Assembly (NCBI RefSeq): GCF_009914755.1
Contig: NC_060942.1
Reading direction: 5' to 3' (one strand)
DNA from: the human T2T-CHM13v2.0 reference genome, Homo sapiens
Length of the DNA stretch: 64,000 bases
In this document: positions 37,478 to 52,362 of the stretch, one piece after another
How positions within the stretch are numbered: the stretch's first letter is position 1
Layout of the letters: every line of letters starts with the position of its first letter
Translations under genes and position numbers: made by a program
Notes under the pieces: generated by a model
The model's database searches: none
Told to the model about the DNA's origin: nothing
The model's input: only the letters and a program-made list of their open reading frames with translations

Positions 37478-40400
37478 TTACTAGGCAAAAATTTGAAATC
37501 AGTTATTATAAATATGTTCAAAGAACCAAAGAAATCTAACTTAAAGAACTGAAGGAATTATATGTATGGTGTACAACTAGAAACAATCAATAAGAAAATC
37601 AAAATTATAAAAAAGGACCAAATAAAAATGCTGGAGTTAAAAAGTATAATGACTAAAATAAAAGCATTCCCTGGAGGGGCTCAACAACAGACTTTTAGTG
37701 GCATAGGATAGAATCAGTAAACTTGAAATAGGTCATTTGAGATTCTTCAGTTAGAATAGAAAGAGAATGAACAAAGAAAAGTTAACAGAGCCTCTGAGAG
37801 TTGTGGGGAAAAACTTCCAAATTTGGAGGAAAAACATTAATCTACACATTCAAGAAGTTTGGTAACCTCTAAATATAATAATCTCAAATTTCCGTATATA
37901 GAAATATCATAGTCAAACTTCTGAAAGACAAAGAGAAAAAAAGTAAATCATGTACCAGAGATTCTCAAAAATATAAATAGCTGACTTACCATTAGAAATC
38001 ATGAAGGCCTGAATAATGATATATATTAAGTATTGAAAAAATACTGTCAACTAAGAATTCTATATATGGTTAAACTATCTTTCAAAAATGAAGGAGAAGT
38101 TAAGACATTCCCAGATCAGCAAAAAACAAAAACAAAAACAAAACAGATTTTGTTTGTTTTGGCTAGCAGATCTGCTCTAAAGAGTGCTCCTCAGACTAAA
38201 ATGAAAAAATATTAGGCAAGAAATCAAATCCACATTATGAAAAAAAAGCATCAGCAAAGGTATCTACACAGATAGATATAAATTGCCATAAAAATGTATT
38301 TTTGTTGGTAACTCTTTGCTTCTTTTCATGAATTTAAAAGACAATTGAATAAAGAAATAATTATTAATTTTGTTGCTGGGCTTATAATGTAGAAAAATGT
38401 CATTTGTATGACAGTAACAGAGAAAAAAGGGAGGGGGATCAGAGCTTTATTGGGGTCAAGTTTTTGAATACTATTAAAGTTAGTATTAATTGATATTAGA
38501 TTGTTATAAGCAAAGATGTTACTTGTATTCCCCAGTGTAACCACTAACAAATTAACTCAAAACACATATAAAAGAAACAGCAAAGGAATTAAAATGGCAC
38601 ACTGGAAAATATATACTTAACATAGAGAATGAAGCAATAAAATAATAGAAGTACAGAAAATAAAAACATTTAGAAAAACTTAGCAAAATGACAGATGCAG
38701 AAAAAACATTTGGCAATGCTTAATGAAAAGTACTTGATGTGACAGGAATAGAAGGGAACTTCTCAATTTGGTAAGGACTATTGACAAAAATCCCTATAGC
38801 TAACATTATATTCAATAGTAAATATATATTTTCCTCTATGGTCAAGAAAAAGACAATAAATATGTGAATACAACTATTCAACATTTTACTATCAGTTTTA
38901 CATGGAGAAATTAGGCTGGAAAAGAAATAAAAGTCATTCAGTTTGGAAAGGAAGAATGTAAACTATATTTACAGATGATATATGACATGCTTTTATATAT
39001 AGAAAATCTTAAAAAATCAGTAAAAAAATATTAGAACCAATGAATGGGTTCTGCAAGATTGAAGGGTACAAGATCAATGAACAAAAATCAATTATGTTCT
39101 ATACACTATCAACAAATAATCCCCAAATACCATCATTCCAACAAAATAGCATCAAAAGAATAAAATACTTTGAAATAAATTAAACAAAAGAAGTGTAATA
39201 CTTGTGGTCTAAAAGTATGAATACTGTTGAAACTAATTAAAGAAGGCCTAGTAAATGGAAAGACATCTATATGTTCAAAGATCAGAAGACTTAATATTGT
39301 TAACATGGCAATACTTCCGAAATTCATCTACAGGTTTAAAATAATCCCAATAAAAAGTCAAGTTACATAATTTGGGAGAAATTGAGAAGTATATTCTAAA
39401 ATTCATGTGGAAATACAAAGGATTCAGAAGAACCAAAACGATCTAACAAAAGAACAAAGTTGGAGGACTCACACTTCTGGATTTCAAAACTTGCTACAAA
39501 GTTACAAATAATCAAGACAGTGGTAGTGATATAAGTATAGAAACACAGAAGAATGGAATAGAATTGAAAGTCCAGAAATATGCATAGAAAATGGACTCAA
39601 ATGGATCATAGACATAAATGTAAAAACTAAACTATAAAACCCTCAGATGAAAATCTTCGTAATTTTGGATTAGTCATGAACCTCTTAGACATGATACCAA
39701 AAGCACAAGCTACAGAAGAAAAAAAAAGATAGATTGAAACTCAAGATAAATTAAAAACATTTGTGCTTTAAAGGAAACCATTAAGAAAGTGAAAATATAA
39801 CCAAAGGAATCAGACAAACTACTTGAAAACCTTATAGCTGATGAAGGACTTTTGTCCTTAGAATACGCAAGGAACTCTAACAAGTCAATAAAAAGGCAAA
39901 TAACTCAATTTTAAAAGGAACAACATATTTGAATAGACGTTTATCCAAAGAAGATATATAAATGACTAATAAGCACAGGTAATGATGCTAAACATTATTA
40001 GTCATTTGAGAAATCAAAACCAAAATGGAATACCACTTCATACTCACTGGAATGGTTAAAAACCAATCAACCAAACAACAAAAAAGCAGAAAATAAAAAC
40101 TGCTGACCAGATGTGGAGAAAGTGGAACTGTTATACATGTTGGTGGGAAAACATTCTGGCAGCTCCTCAAAATGTTAAACATATAGTTACTATATAACTC
40201 AGCAATTTTACTCTGAGGTACACATTCAAGAGAAGTGTAAAGGTATGTCCACCCAAACTTTCACAATACCCTCAAAGTAGAAACAACCCAAATGCCCATC
40301 AAGTGATGAATGAATAAACAAAATATGGTATAGTCATATGAAGAAATGTTCAACAAACAAAAAGCTGAAATACTGGTACAAGCTCAATGAACCTTTAAAG

Positions 40401-41389
40401 CATTATGCCTTAAAGCATTAAGAAAGAAGCCAGTGACGAAAGGCTATATCTACATACACTATGATTCCATTTATATTAAATGTGCAGAATAGGCAAATCT
40501 ATAGACACAGAATAGATTAGAAGTTACAGCAACTGAAATAGGAGGGAATGTGTCTCCACTGCTATTAAGTATGGAACTTCTTTTTGGGGTGATGACATTT
40601 TCAAAGTTAGTGGTGATGGTTGTACAAATCTGTGAATATAAAAAAAATCATGGAAATGTATACTTTAAGTGGGTGAGTTTTATGATTTGTGAATTATATA
40701 TCAATAAGGCTGTTACAAAAATTCCCTGTTTGCAATATAAATAACCAGAGCTGGTATAATACTACATTTCTGATTTTATGAGATACTTCTCTACCAATAA
40801 AACATCTTGTTCATATAGAGGTTCTCCAGAGAATCCTTAGGGAATTGTTAGGATAGGAATTCTCAATACTATGTCATTACTTCTTTAATTATCTACCTTC
40901 TCATATTCATATTTAAGTGTGTTGAGGGCAGAAATAGCCCATCTTGCTTCCGTAGTGCCTGGAAATCGGCACTGTAAGTATTTTTGATTTAAAAATAAAT
41001 GAATGAATAAACAGAAGCTGAAAATCCAATGTTGGCAGAAGGCTGGTGGTATGCATAGAACTGAGACAAAGAAAGGTGGAGGGTACTATGATTATGTAGC
41101 AAGTGAATTGATAAAAAGAACCATTCTTAACACTTGTATATAAATGTTCCTAATGTGGTGAAGAACATCATATCAGGCTGCCATATGGAAAACCCAGTTG
41201 AAGAACAGCTTACTCTTTTCTTATCCTAGGTTGTCCAAGATATATGATTGCTAATTTAGTTTTCAGGTGGCCCTATAACTGGAGGACAATCAACCTGTAC
41301 ACTTGGTTCCTAGATTAAGAGATGTACTTCTTCTTCACTCTTGCATAAGGCATTTCTCCCATTGCTAATTATCTTTAAATAAAACAAAA

Positions 41390-41590
41390 AATCATTTATT
41401 GAGCTCTTATACCATTAGATGCTGTGAAAGGTGCCTTACTTATATAATGTAAGCATCTTAAAAACTCTATGGAGTGTTACTTCCTTCCATGTTACAGTAA
41501 GGAAACTGAGACTCAAGGTGGATTTAATATCACCAGTGATAAAATCAGGAGACATGGCTTTAACTCCTCTGTGTGACATCAAATCACGAA
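41390..41590 (-). mobile_element. MIR
   Basis: CATTTATTGAGCTCTTA ... TTACAGTAAGGAAACTGAGACTCA. Confidence 0.65.
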
Positions 41591-41716
41591 GACTCTTTGT
41601 AATAAAATAACTTTGGGGGTAAACATTAGTCTATTATACATCTAAATACCATAAATCAGAATCCATTGATGTGAAAACATAGATGATCATTCATTTCATG
41701 ATCCTCTTAACTGAGA

Positions 41717-41756
<40 letters not shown>

Positions 41757-42039
41757 TGAGATAGAGTCTTACTCTCTCGCCCAGGCTTGAGTGCAGTGGT
41801 GCGATCTAAGTTCATTGCAACCTCTGCCTCCCGTGTTCAAGTGATTCTCCTGTCTCAGCCTCCCAAGTAGCTGGGATTATAGGTGCCTGCCACCACAACC
41901 GGATAATTGGTTTTTTTTTTTTTTTGTATTTTTAGTAGAGATGGGGTTTCACCATCTTGGCCAGGCTGGTCTCAAACTCCTGGCCTGCCTCAGCCTCCCA
42001 AAGTGCTGGGATTACAGGTGTGAGCTACCATGCCTGGCC
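41717..42039 (-). mobile_element. AluS-type element with (ATT)n tail and small left-arm deletion
   Basis: (ATT)n, then TTGAGATAGAGTC ... AAACTCCTGGCCTGCCTCAGCCTCCCAAAGTGCTGGGATTACAGG ... TGCCTGGCC. Confidence 0.93.
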
Positions 42040-43209
42040 GATATCTCACTATTAATATCTTATGTTTCCAACTCTATCATTCTCCCTGAAAGTTGTGTTG
42101 TTCTCCGTTAAACAAATTATAGTGATCCAAAGAAACTGAAATAATGTTGAGCTCACATTTTTTCTTAGCTGACAAACGATTTCAGAAATATAATATAGCC
42201 ATAGTATAGAAATAATTGAGATTTATACATCACTGTTTTTAATTTACTAGGGTAGCACTACTTGTGAATACTAAAAATAATTGATTTCCTTTAAATAAGA
42301 TAAGGTTTGTATTTATAAGTCCATGAGCCCACTTTGCTTTTGTTTTTAAAGTATAAAGTAGTTGTGAATGTATGTGGTGTGTGTTTACTTTTTTAAAAGC
42401 AATTGCTGATCACAATGGGAAAGTTTTCAATTTTATAAATCAGGGAGTGTTTAATCTAAAATTACGTACTGAGTTTCTCCATGGTTATAGCACTTTTGCA
42501 GTAAAGTTGTAAAAATGTAACTTAATTCCTGCCCACAGGTGGCCTATGACAAACAACCTTTTTTTTTTCTGATTTCCTAATTAAAACATGTCTAAGTTAA
42601 TTCACGTAAGTGAATTTTAGGTTGTATTTACTGACTATATTTATGAAGCCCTAGTGTGCACTACTATTATTTGAAAATGACATGTGTGTTAGTGTCAAGT
42701 GACCACAGGACACTACAGCCATCACATGAAGAAATGAGAGTTGGACATATATATTTGTGAGGCTCTACAGAAAAACAATCAGTGGGAGAGTGATTTCATA
42801 TTTCTCACGTAGGATTCAGAGACTGGTGGTATCACAAAAGCTACTGCAATAAGGCCACTGCCACCTGGAGGCTTAGAAACAGCAACCAACATTACATACA
42901 CTCAATTCATAGGTTCATTAATTGAAGCGACATGATAATGCAGAAATACATAACTCTGAATCAGATGACTAAAGAAAACAAGCAATGATATTGGCAGATC
43001 ACTAACTGAAAATATTTTGATCTTGCATATCTTCTTGCAGATGGATCTTTTTACATGAAGCAGTTCTCAATGGCATGACTGTTTCTTTCACCTGTTCTGA
43101 ATCTTTTTCTACCAGTTTTTATTTTCTCATATATTTTCATTTTCATTGTTACTGACTCTTTCAGCTCCATATACAAATACTTGAGACTGCATCTATGTTA
43201 AAAATAACA

Positions 43210-43365
43210 GGCCAGGCATGGTGGCTTATGCCTGTAATCTCAGCACTTTGGGAGGCCGAGGCGGTTGGATCACTTGAGGCCAGGAGTTTGAGACCAGCCT
43301 GGCCAACATGGCGAACACTGTTTCTACTAAAAATACAAACAACAAAACACACAACACACACAAAA
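43210..43365 (+). mobile_element. Alu left monomer with CA-rich tail
   Basis: GGCCAGGCATGGTGGC ... CTACTAAAAATACAAA, with no right arm following. Confidence 0.88.
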
Positions 43366-45994
43366 CTTTTCCCTTGACTATTGGTCTGTGACAAAAGTAT
43401 CACTCCCCTGCTTTCATTCTTGATCCAAGTTTCTTGAAAGGATACCACAGTTCTGACTTGACCTTCCTATTAACCTCACCTCATGTTTATTCCTCAAACT
43501 GCTACAATTGCTCTCAGGGAAGTTCCCAGTGACTGACATTTCTCAGCATTTGAAGCTTTCAAACATCTACTCCTATTTGAACTTTTCTCTACTTCATTAC
43601 AGTGCTAAATGCCACTGCTTTATATTTTTATTGCCTCTTAGTGGTGGCTTCCTTTAAGGCTGCTCAACTAGACTTTTCTCTCTCTCTCTCTGTCTCATTC
43701 TCTTTCTGTATGTGTTTATATTTTTTAAATTATTTTCCTGGTCACCAAAAATGTTCTAAAAGCAATAGGTATATAATTTCCTTTTAATTTTAAAATTGCA
43801 ACATAGAAAATTCAGGAAATTTGGGAAACAAACATCTTACAAAAACACATAAATATTAATGACATACCATCCATATTACTGCCTAATGGTCTTTTGGTAT
43901 GTTCTTCTAGTATTCTCATAAAGGAGGATATATGAAATGGAGATAATGTGATGGTCATTTGCCCTTTGCTCTCAAATCTTTTCCCATTCTTTTGTGTGCT
44001 GGTTTGTATTTTGGAGGGCTGTTTCCTGCAAGCCACATTAACCAGGCTTTCTCAGTTACAGAAAGGAAATGATAAAGGAAGAAAACTTAGAACGTTAGGA
44101 AGAAAAAAATGTGATAAGTAGAAATATAAGTAGACTTAACACACTTTTTCCCCCTCTTGAGTTTTCTAAATTATATTTGGTGGTTGAAGCAAAAATTATA
44201 ATGTCTGATGTGGTTCTAAATGTGTTTAGAAGAAATACTTAAGACAATTATATTACACATGGAGAGTGCAGAGGAATGTCAAGGGAGGTAAGGTTTCTAA
44301 CAGACACCAGTGTACTGTGACAAGTTATGTATTTAAAATGTAATACCTTCAGCAACCACTAGTAAAGCTACACAGAGATTCACTACAATACAATATAGAA
44401 AAATCCAAGTGAAATTCAAAATTATATTCCAATAACCCATAAGCAGTCAAGAAAAATAAAACTGAGAAATGAAAACAGAAAACAAATAGAAAGCAAACAA
44501 AAAATAAGATGGCAGACTTATTCTCTAACATTAATAACTACATTAAATGTAGATAGTCTAAGTATATCAATTAGAACGCAGACATTAGCAGAGCAGATTA
44601 AAAAGACATGACTCAACTATGTACTGTCAACAGGGAATTCATTCTAAATATAATGATATATAGGGGGGCTGGAAGTAAAGGATGAAAAGTGATATAAAGA
44701 CATTAACCAAAAGAAAACAGGAATGACTGTGTTGATATCAAACAATCTTGACTTTATGTCAAAGAAAATAATCAGACATGGAGGGACATTATATAATAAT
44801 AAAAGAATTAATCCATCAAGAAGAAGTTATAGCAATCCTAAATGTGTATGAACCTAAAAGCTGGGCTGCAAAATATGTGAAGGAGAAACAGATAGAAAGG
44901 ACGAGTAGAAAAATCCACAACAATAGTTGATGATTTCAACAACCCTCTCTCAATAATTGATAGGACACCTAAACAGAAAATCATTAAGGATAGAGAAGAA
45001 CTCAACAACATCATCAATCAACAGGGTTTAATTGACATTTATAGGGACATTCCATCCAACAATAGCAGAATACACATGTGTTTAAGTACCCATGGAACAT
45101 ATACTATGACAGACCATATCTTGGACCATAAAACAAATATTAACAAATATAAAAGAATTGAAATCATACAGAATGTTTTCTTCAACCACAGCTAGAGTTC
45201 CATATGAGAGTGTTAACAGGAAAATCCAGAAACACTTGGAAAATAACACATTTCTAAATAATTTGTGGGTCAAAGAGGAAGTCTCAAGGGGAGTTTAAAA
45301 AGTACATTGAACTGAATGAAAATGAAAAAGCAACATGTTCAAATTTGTTAGATACATCTAAGGCAGTGTGCTGAGAGAAAAATTAATAGCACTAGGTGCA
45401 TATATTAGAAGAAATGAAAGCTACCAAATCAGCAATCTTAGCTTCCCAAACATCCCAAGAAACTAGAAAAATAGGAGCTAAATAAATCCAAAGCAAGTAA
45501 ATGGAAAAAATATAAAAACAGAAATCAATAAAATTGAACATAGAAAAACAATAAAATCAATAAAATAAAGATCTAAATATATCTCTATCTTCAATATATA
45601 TGTTCTCTGAATACATCAATAAAATTAGCAAACTTCTAGCAAGACTGTCAAAGAATAAAGAAGGGAAGAGACAAGTTACTAATATCAGAAACAAAGCAAG
45701 GGATATGGTACTACTGATCTTGTTGACATCAAAAGAATGACAAAGAAATACTATAAACAATTCTGTAAATATAACTTTGGCAACTTCGATGAAATTAACC
45801 GTTCCTCAAAAAGCATGAACTACAACAATTCACACAATATGAAACAGGTCATCTAAACAAGCATAATACTATTAGGAAGATTGAATCCATAATTTGAAAA
45901 CTTGCCAAACAAGACTTAATTTCCCAACACATGGTTTCACTGGAGAATTCTACAAATGTTTAAGGAAGAATTAAAACCAGTTATATACATTCTC

Positions 45995-46737
<743 letters not shown>

Positions 46738-48249
46738 TCTTCTCAATTTATTTTATGAAACTACTATTATCTTGATACTAAAACTTGACAAAGACAGTAC
46801 AAAAGAAATAGTGTTAACTGCAGACCAATACATCCTTACGAATACAGATATAAAAATATTTAACTAGACAATGGGTAACAGAGGTCAACAACTGTATATA
46901 AAGAATTACAGAACATAACCAAGTGGACTTTGTTGTAGGGATTCAAAGCTGTTTGAATATTTGGAAATCAGTCTGTGTAATCTACCATATCAACACATTT
47001 AAGAAGAAAAGTTCCATATCAATAGATGCAGAAAAATTATTCGACAAAACTTAAAATGGATCACTTATTAAAATGTAACAAAAACTATAAAAAATTCTAG
47101 ACAAAAATATCTTTGGGATCTAGAGGTAGGTAAAGGGTTCTTAGACTTAGCTCCAAAAACATAATGTATAGAAGGAAGAAATGATAAGTTGGAGCTTACT
47201 AAAATTAAAACTTTTGCTCTGTGAAAGACTCTGTTAAGAGGATGGAAAGAAGAGCTACAGAATGAGAGAAAATATTTGTAAGTCACTCACCTGAAAAAAA
47301 GACTAGGCTTTATTTAAAAATGGTCAAAACTCAAAGGTTAAAAAACCAAATGATCCTGTTAGAAAATAGACAAAAGACATGAAGAGATATTTTACCAAAG
47401 AGGATATACGTATGACAAATAAGCACATGAAGAGATGCCCAACATCATTAGCCATTAGGGGAATCAAATTAAAACCCCTACATATCTAACAAAACGGCTA
47501 AAACAAAAATAATGAGAACACCAAATGGTGGTAAGGATGTAAAGAAATTTGACTTACACATTGCTGGTAATAATTGATGGTACAATCGCTCTGAGAAACA
47601 GTTTGTCAGTTTCTTAACACACGAATCACTTAATTACCATATGACCAAACAATTGTACTCTCAGGCATTCGTCCCAGAGAAGTGACATGTTCACACAAAA
47701 CCTGTGCATGGATGTTTATAGGAGCTTTATTCATAATAGCTAAAAATTGAAGACACTCCAGATATCCTCCAACAAGTGAATGGTTAAACAAACTATAGTA
47801 CAGTCATACCATGGAACTGCTTAGGAAAAAAAAATGGAATAAACTATTAATACATGTGTGCATTTACCTGGATAAAATTCTATAGGAAAATAAATAATCC
47901 CCAAAGGTCACAAACTGTATGATCCCATTTATATGACATTCTTGAAATGAAAAAATTATGCAAATGAAGAACACATTAGTGGTTGCCAGGTAAAGAAACA
48001 GGTGGTTGAGGAAGGAATGTGGGTGTGGTTATAAAAGAGCAATATGAGGAATCCTGGTGTTAATCAGCATTTTGTATTTTGGGCGTATGAATATCAATAT
48101 CTGGTTGTGATATTGCTCTATAGTTTTGCAAGATGTTACCATTAGGGGAAAGTGAGTAAAGAATACACAAAATCTTTCTGCATTATCTCTTACATTGGCA
48201 TGTGGAACTAAAAATACCTCGGAATAAAAGTTTAACTGAAACTTTAAAA

Positions 48250-50200
48250 AATAATAGTGCTCAATAATTTTCCAAAGTTGGTGAAAGAGTTCACCCACAA
48301 ATTTCATGAGGTTTTTAGAATAGAAAACAGTATGAATACAAAGAAAAACATCCTTAGATGTACTAATACTATTAGAAAAGCAAAGTTAAATTGAAAATCT
48401 TAAAAACAGCCAGAAGAAAAAGTATATTACGTTTAAAGCAGTAGCTATGGATTGATAACAGAAATGATAGGAAATGAATGGTAGAAGTAAATGAATGGTA
48501 GAAGTAAAGTGCCAAGAGTAAAAAATCAAACAAAAACAAAAACAAAAAATCCCTCATCATAAAACATAAGACAAATGAAGAAAAAAAGCAATCTAGCATT
48601 CTAAAGCCCATAGTAACATCCTTCTAAGGTGAGGCAAATCCAAATATTTTTAGACAAATAACTTCTGAGAGAACTCATTGGAAAGAGATCTGTATTAAAA
48701 GAAATTGCCAAAGGATTCTTCAGGCAGATGCAAACATGGAAATGCAGAAATAATGAAGCTCAAAAGAAATGGCAAACATATTTGTAAATATAAAGTAATA
48801 CTAACTATACAAAAGGATAACAGAATCTTGGGGATTCAAAATAATTGCAAAATTGAAATGCATTGCAAAACTTATACAAAACGCAGAAAGAAATAATCAT
48901 TTTAACTTATTCTAAACTCTAGCTTTGTTGGGGGAAGTGGTAAACATAATAATTTGATTTTGACTATAAAAAGCCAAGAATACATGTTATGATATCAAGA
49001 GTACCCATGAAAAGGTTAGTAAAAGAATAAATAACTAACAAGTTGTTAGTGAGGAGAGTGGAATAATGAAACTATCTCATTATTCCAAGAACTTAAAGAA
49101 TGAAAAAGCTATACACAAAAGAGTAGCTAAATAAAATCATTGTGGTATAAGAGATAAAAACAACCATAACAGTAGTTACAATAAATGTAACTAGAAACAG
49201 CTACAGTTAGAACTAGAAACAGTCACAATTAGAAGAGTAAAAATAGTGAGACTTGATTAAAAGAAAAACTCCCTGCCACATACAAAAACAAATCTGAAGA
49301 ATAAGAAAATAGAAAGTGAGATATAACATCAGAAATATATATCATAAAGCATCAACAATATAAAGTAAATATCACAAGAATATCTAATTTGAGTTCATTT
49401 TAAATTTTACTAGAGATTAACAAGATATTTTATATTGAAAAAGTACACCTGGAAGATATATCAATTCTAGTTAAGTGTGCACCTAACAACATATCATCAA
49501 AATATATTAAGCAAAAATGATCACACTGTAGGCTGTTAGGAAAGTCATAAAATTTCAAGTGATGGCAATAATTCAGATTTTGTTCTCTGATCTCAGTGGA
49601 ATAAAGCTACAAATTAGTATCACAAAGATAACTACGAAAACAACCTCCAAATATTTTGATATTTGGGCAACAGATTTCCAACCAAAAAACAAATTAACAA
49701 GTGAAAAATACTAGTCAAAAAAGAAATCTCAAGATAAATTAGAAATATATTTAGAAATAAATCTTAATGAAGAATATTACATTTATACTTTTACAATGCA
49801 GTTAAAACACTGCTGAAGCAAATCTAGAACTTCAAAGTTTGAGAATCAATGTTCTAAATTTCGATTTAAAGAACTTAGTGAAAGAATTGCAAACAAATCT
49901 AAAGAATATATTAATAGAAGGAAGGAAATAATAAAGCTCTGAATAGAAATTGAACACATTTACAGTAGAGAAAGACAACAAAACCAAATGTTCATTCTTA
50001 GAATAGATTAATAAAATAAAACAAAATAGGCAACTTGTCAAGACAGAAGTGAGATAAGGCACAAACTATCAATAACAGGAAAATAAAAGTTGATATGACT
50101 ACAGATCCAGTTTTAAAAGTAATAGGAATGTTGAAATACATTCATCATAATACATTTCAAAATTTAAATGAAATGAACAACTTCTTTAAGTAATTCAATT
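48250..50200 (+). mobile_element. Very degraded old L1 (ORF1 to ORF2 start)
   Basis: GAAAATCTTAAAAACAGCCAGAAGAAAA (ORF1-like) and AATTTAAATGAAATGAACAACTTCTT (ORF2-like). Confidence 0.6.
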
Positions 50201-52283
50201 TTATCTAGACTGCATGACTTTCCAGAGTGGCTACACCATTTTACATTCCAACCAGGTTTGAATAAAGGTTCCAGTTTCTCCACATCCTTGCCAATACTTG
50301 CTATTATATGTTTTTTAAAAAGTTATAGCCAGCTAGTTGATATAAAGTTATGATGTTGTGGTTTGGTTTTTATTTTTTTGATTACTAATAATTAATGTCT
50401 TTAATTATTTTCCTGATTACTAATAATTATGTTAGTTGTGGGTTTTGTTGTTGTTGTAGATGCCTTGTATCTATCAGGTTAAAAAGTTTCATTCTATTTC
50501 TAGTTTATTATTTTTTAATTATAAAGCAGTGTTTGTTTTTGTCAAATGCCATATTTATGTCTATTAAGATGCTCCTATTTTTTGGTTTTTATTTTATTGA
50601 TGTGATGTATTACATTAGTTGATATCCAGATACTGAAATAACCTTGCATACCTAGGAAAAATCTCACCTGATTATAACATATAACTCATTTTACATGGTG
50701 TTGGATTTTGTTTGTTTGTATATTATTAAGGATTTTTGTGTCTATATTCACAAGTTATTGGTCTGTAGTTTTATTTTCTTGTAATTTTTTTCTTGTTTCA
50801 GTACCAAAGTAATACTCATCCCATAGAACGAGTTGGGAAGTGTCCCTTGCTCTGCTAGCTTTTGGAAGAGTTTGTAAAGAATCTGTGTTAATTCCTCTTA
50901 AAACCTGTGGTAAAATTCACCAGTGAATCCATCTGAGCCTGGGATTTTCTTCGAAAAGTTTTGATTACTAATTCAATATAATTACTTCTTATAAGTCTAC
51001 TCATATTTTTAAATTTTCTTTGGTGAGTTTTGATAGATTGTGTCTTTCTAGGAATACATGAGTCTCACCTGAATTATCTAATTTGCTGGCATTCAAATGT
51101 TCATACTCCTCACTTACATTCCTTTTCATTTTTCTAAAGTTGGTAATAATATCACATCTTTCATTCTTGATTTTCATATTGCGTCTTTCTTATTTTATTG
51201 GTTATAGTTAAAGTTTTGTCAATTTTGTTGGTCTCTTCGAAGAATCAGTTTTTTGATTTCACTGTTTTTCCTTTGTTATTTTTCTATTCTCTATCTCATT
51301 AATTTCTGCTTTGATCTTATTATTTCCTTTTTATATCCTTGCTTTAAGTTTAGTTTACAATTACTGGTGTTGTAAGACAGAAAGCTATTGATTTGAGACC
51401 TTTCTTGTTCATGTAGGCATTTACAGCTATAAATTTTGCTCTGAACACTGCTTTAACTACATCTCACAAGTTTTGGTATATGGTGTCCTTATCATTTATT
51501 TCAATGTATTTTCTAATATTCTGGTAATTTTTTCTTTCACTTGCTGTTTTTTCAGGAGTGTATTTAATTTTACTTATTTGTAATTTTCCCAAGTTTCCAT
51601 CTCTTAATTTCTAATTTCATATCTTGTTTTTCAGAGACTGTACTTTGTATTATATCAAATTTTGTAAAGTTATTTGGGGCTTGTTTTAAGGTTACACTGG
51701 AGAATATTCCATATGCTCTTGAGAAGAATATATATTCTGCTGGGTTTGGATGGAGTATTCTATATATTGCTGTTAGATCTTAGGTTAAAATGTTTTTAAA
51801 GTCTTCTATCTCCTTGTTGATCTTCTTCCTAGTTATTTTACTCATTGTTGCAAGTAGAGCACTGAAATTTTTAACTCATATTGCTGAATTATCTATTTCT
51901 CTCTTCAAGTCTGTCAGTTTTGCTAAATTTATTTTAGGGCTCTGTTGTTTCCTGCATATATATTTAACATAGCTATTATCTTCCTGATGAATTAGCACTT
52001 TATAATGATAAAATGCCTCTCTTTATGCTAGAACATTTAAAAATTTAGTCGGATATTAGTACACATATTCTAGCTTTTCTTTTGTTGCTGTTGTATAATA
52101 CATCATTTTTCCATTCTTTTACTTTTGACCTATTTGTATATTGAATCTAAATTATCTCTTATACGTAGGAGTATGTAGTTGAATGTTTTCTCCTCACCCA
52201 ATCCAACAATTTCTGTCTTTAGATTAGATTGTTTAATCCATTCACATTTAATGTTATTATCAATATAGTTGTTTTATATCCTT

Positions 52284-52314
52284 TGTATTGGAGTTCTCCA
52301 GACAGAACTGATAG

Positions 52315-52362
<48 letters not shown>

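Noticed and set aside
42599-42616. AATTCAC-GTAA-GTGAATT hairpin with a GNRA loop overlapping a GTAAGT donor-like site
   Set aside because: A 7-bp AT-rich stem is expected by chance several times in 64 kb, and there is no miRNA or snoRNA context.
48472-48505. 17-bp tandem duplication AAATGAATGGTAGAAGT
   Set aside because: An ordinary slippage duplication within a decayed L1, with no functional indication.
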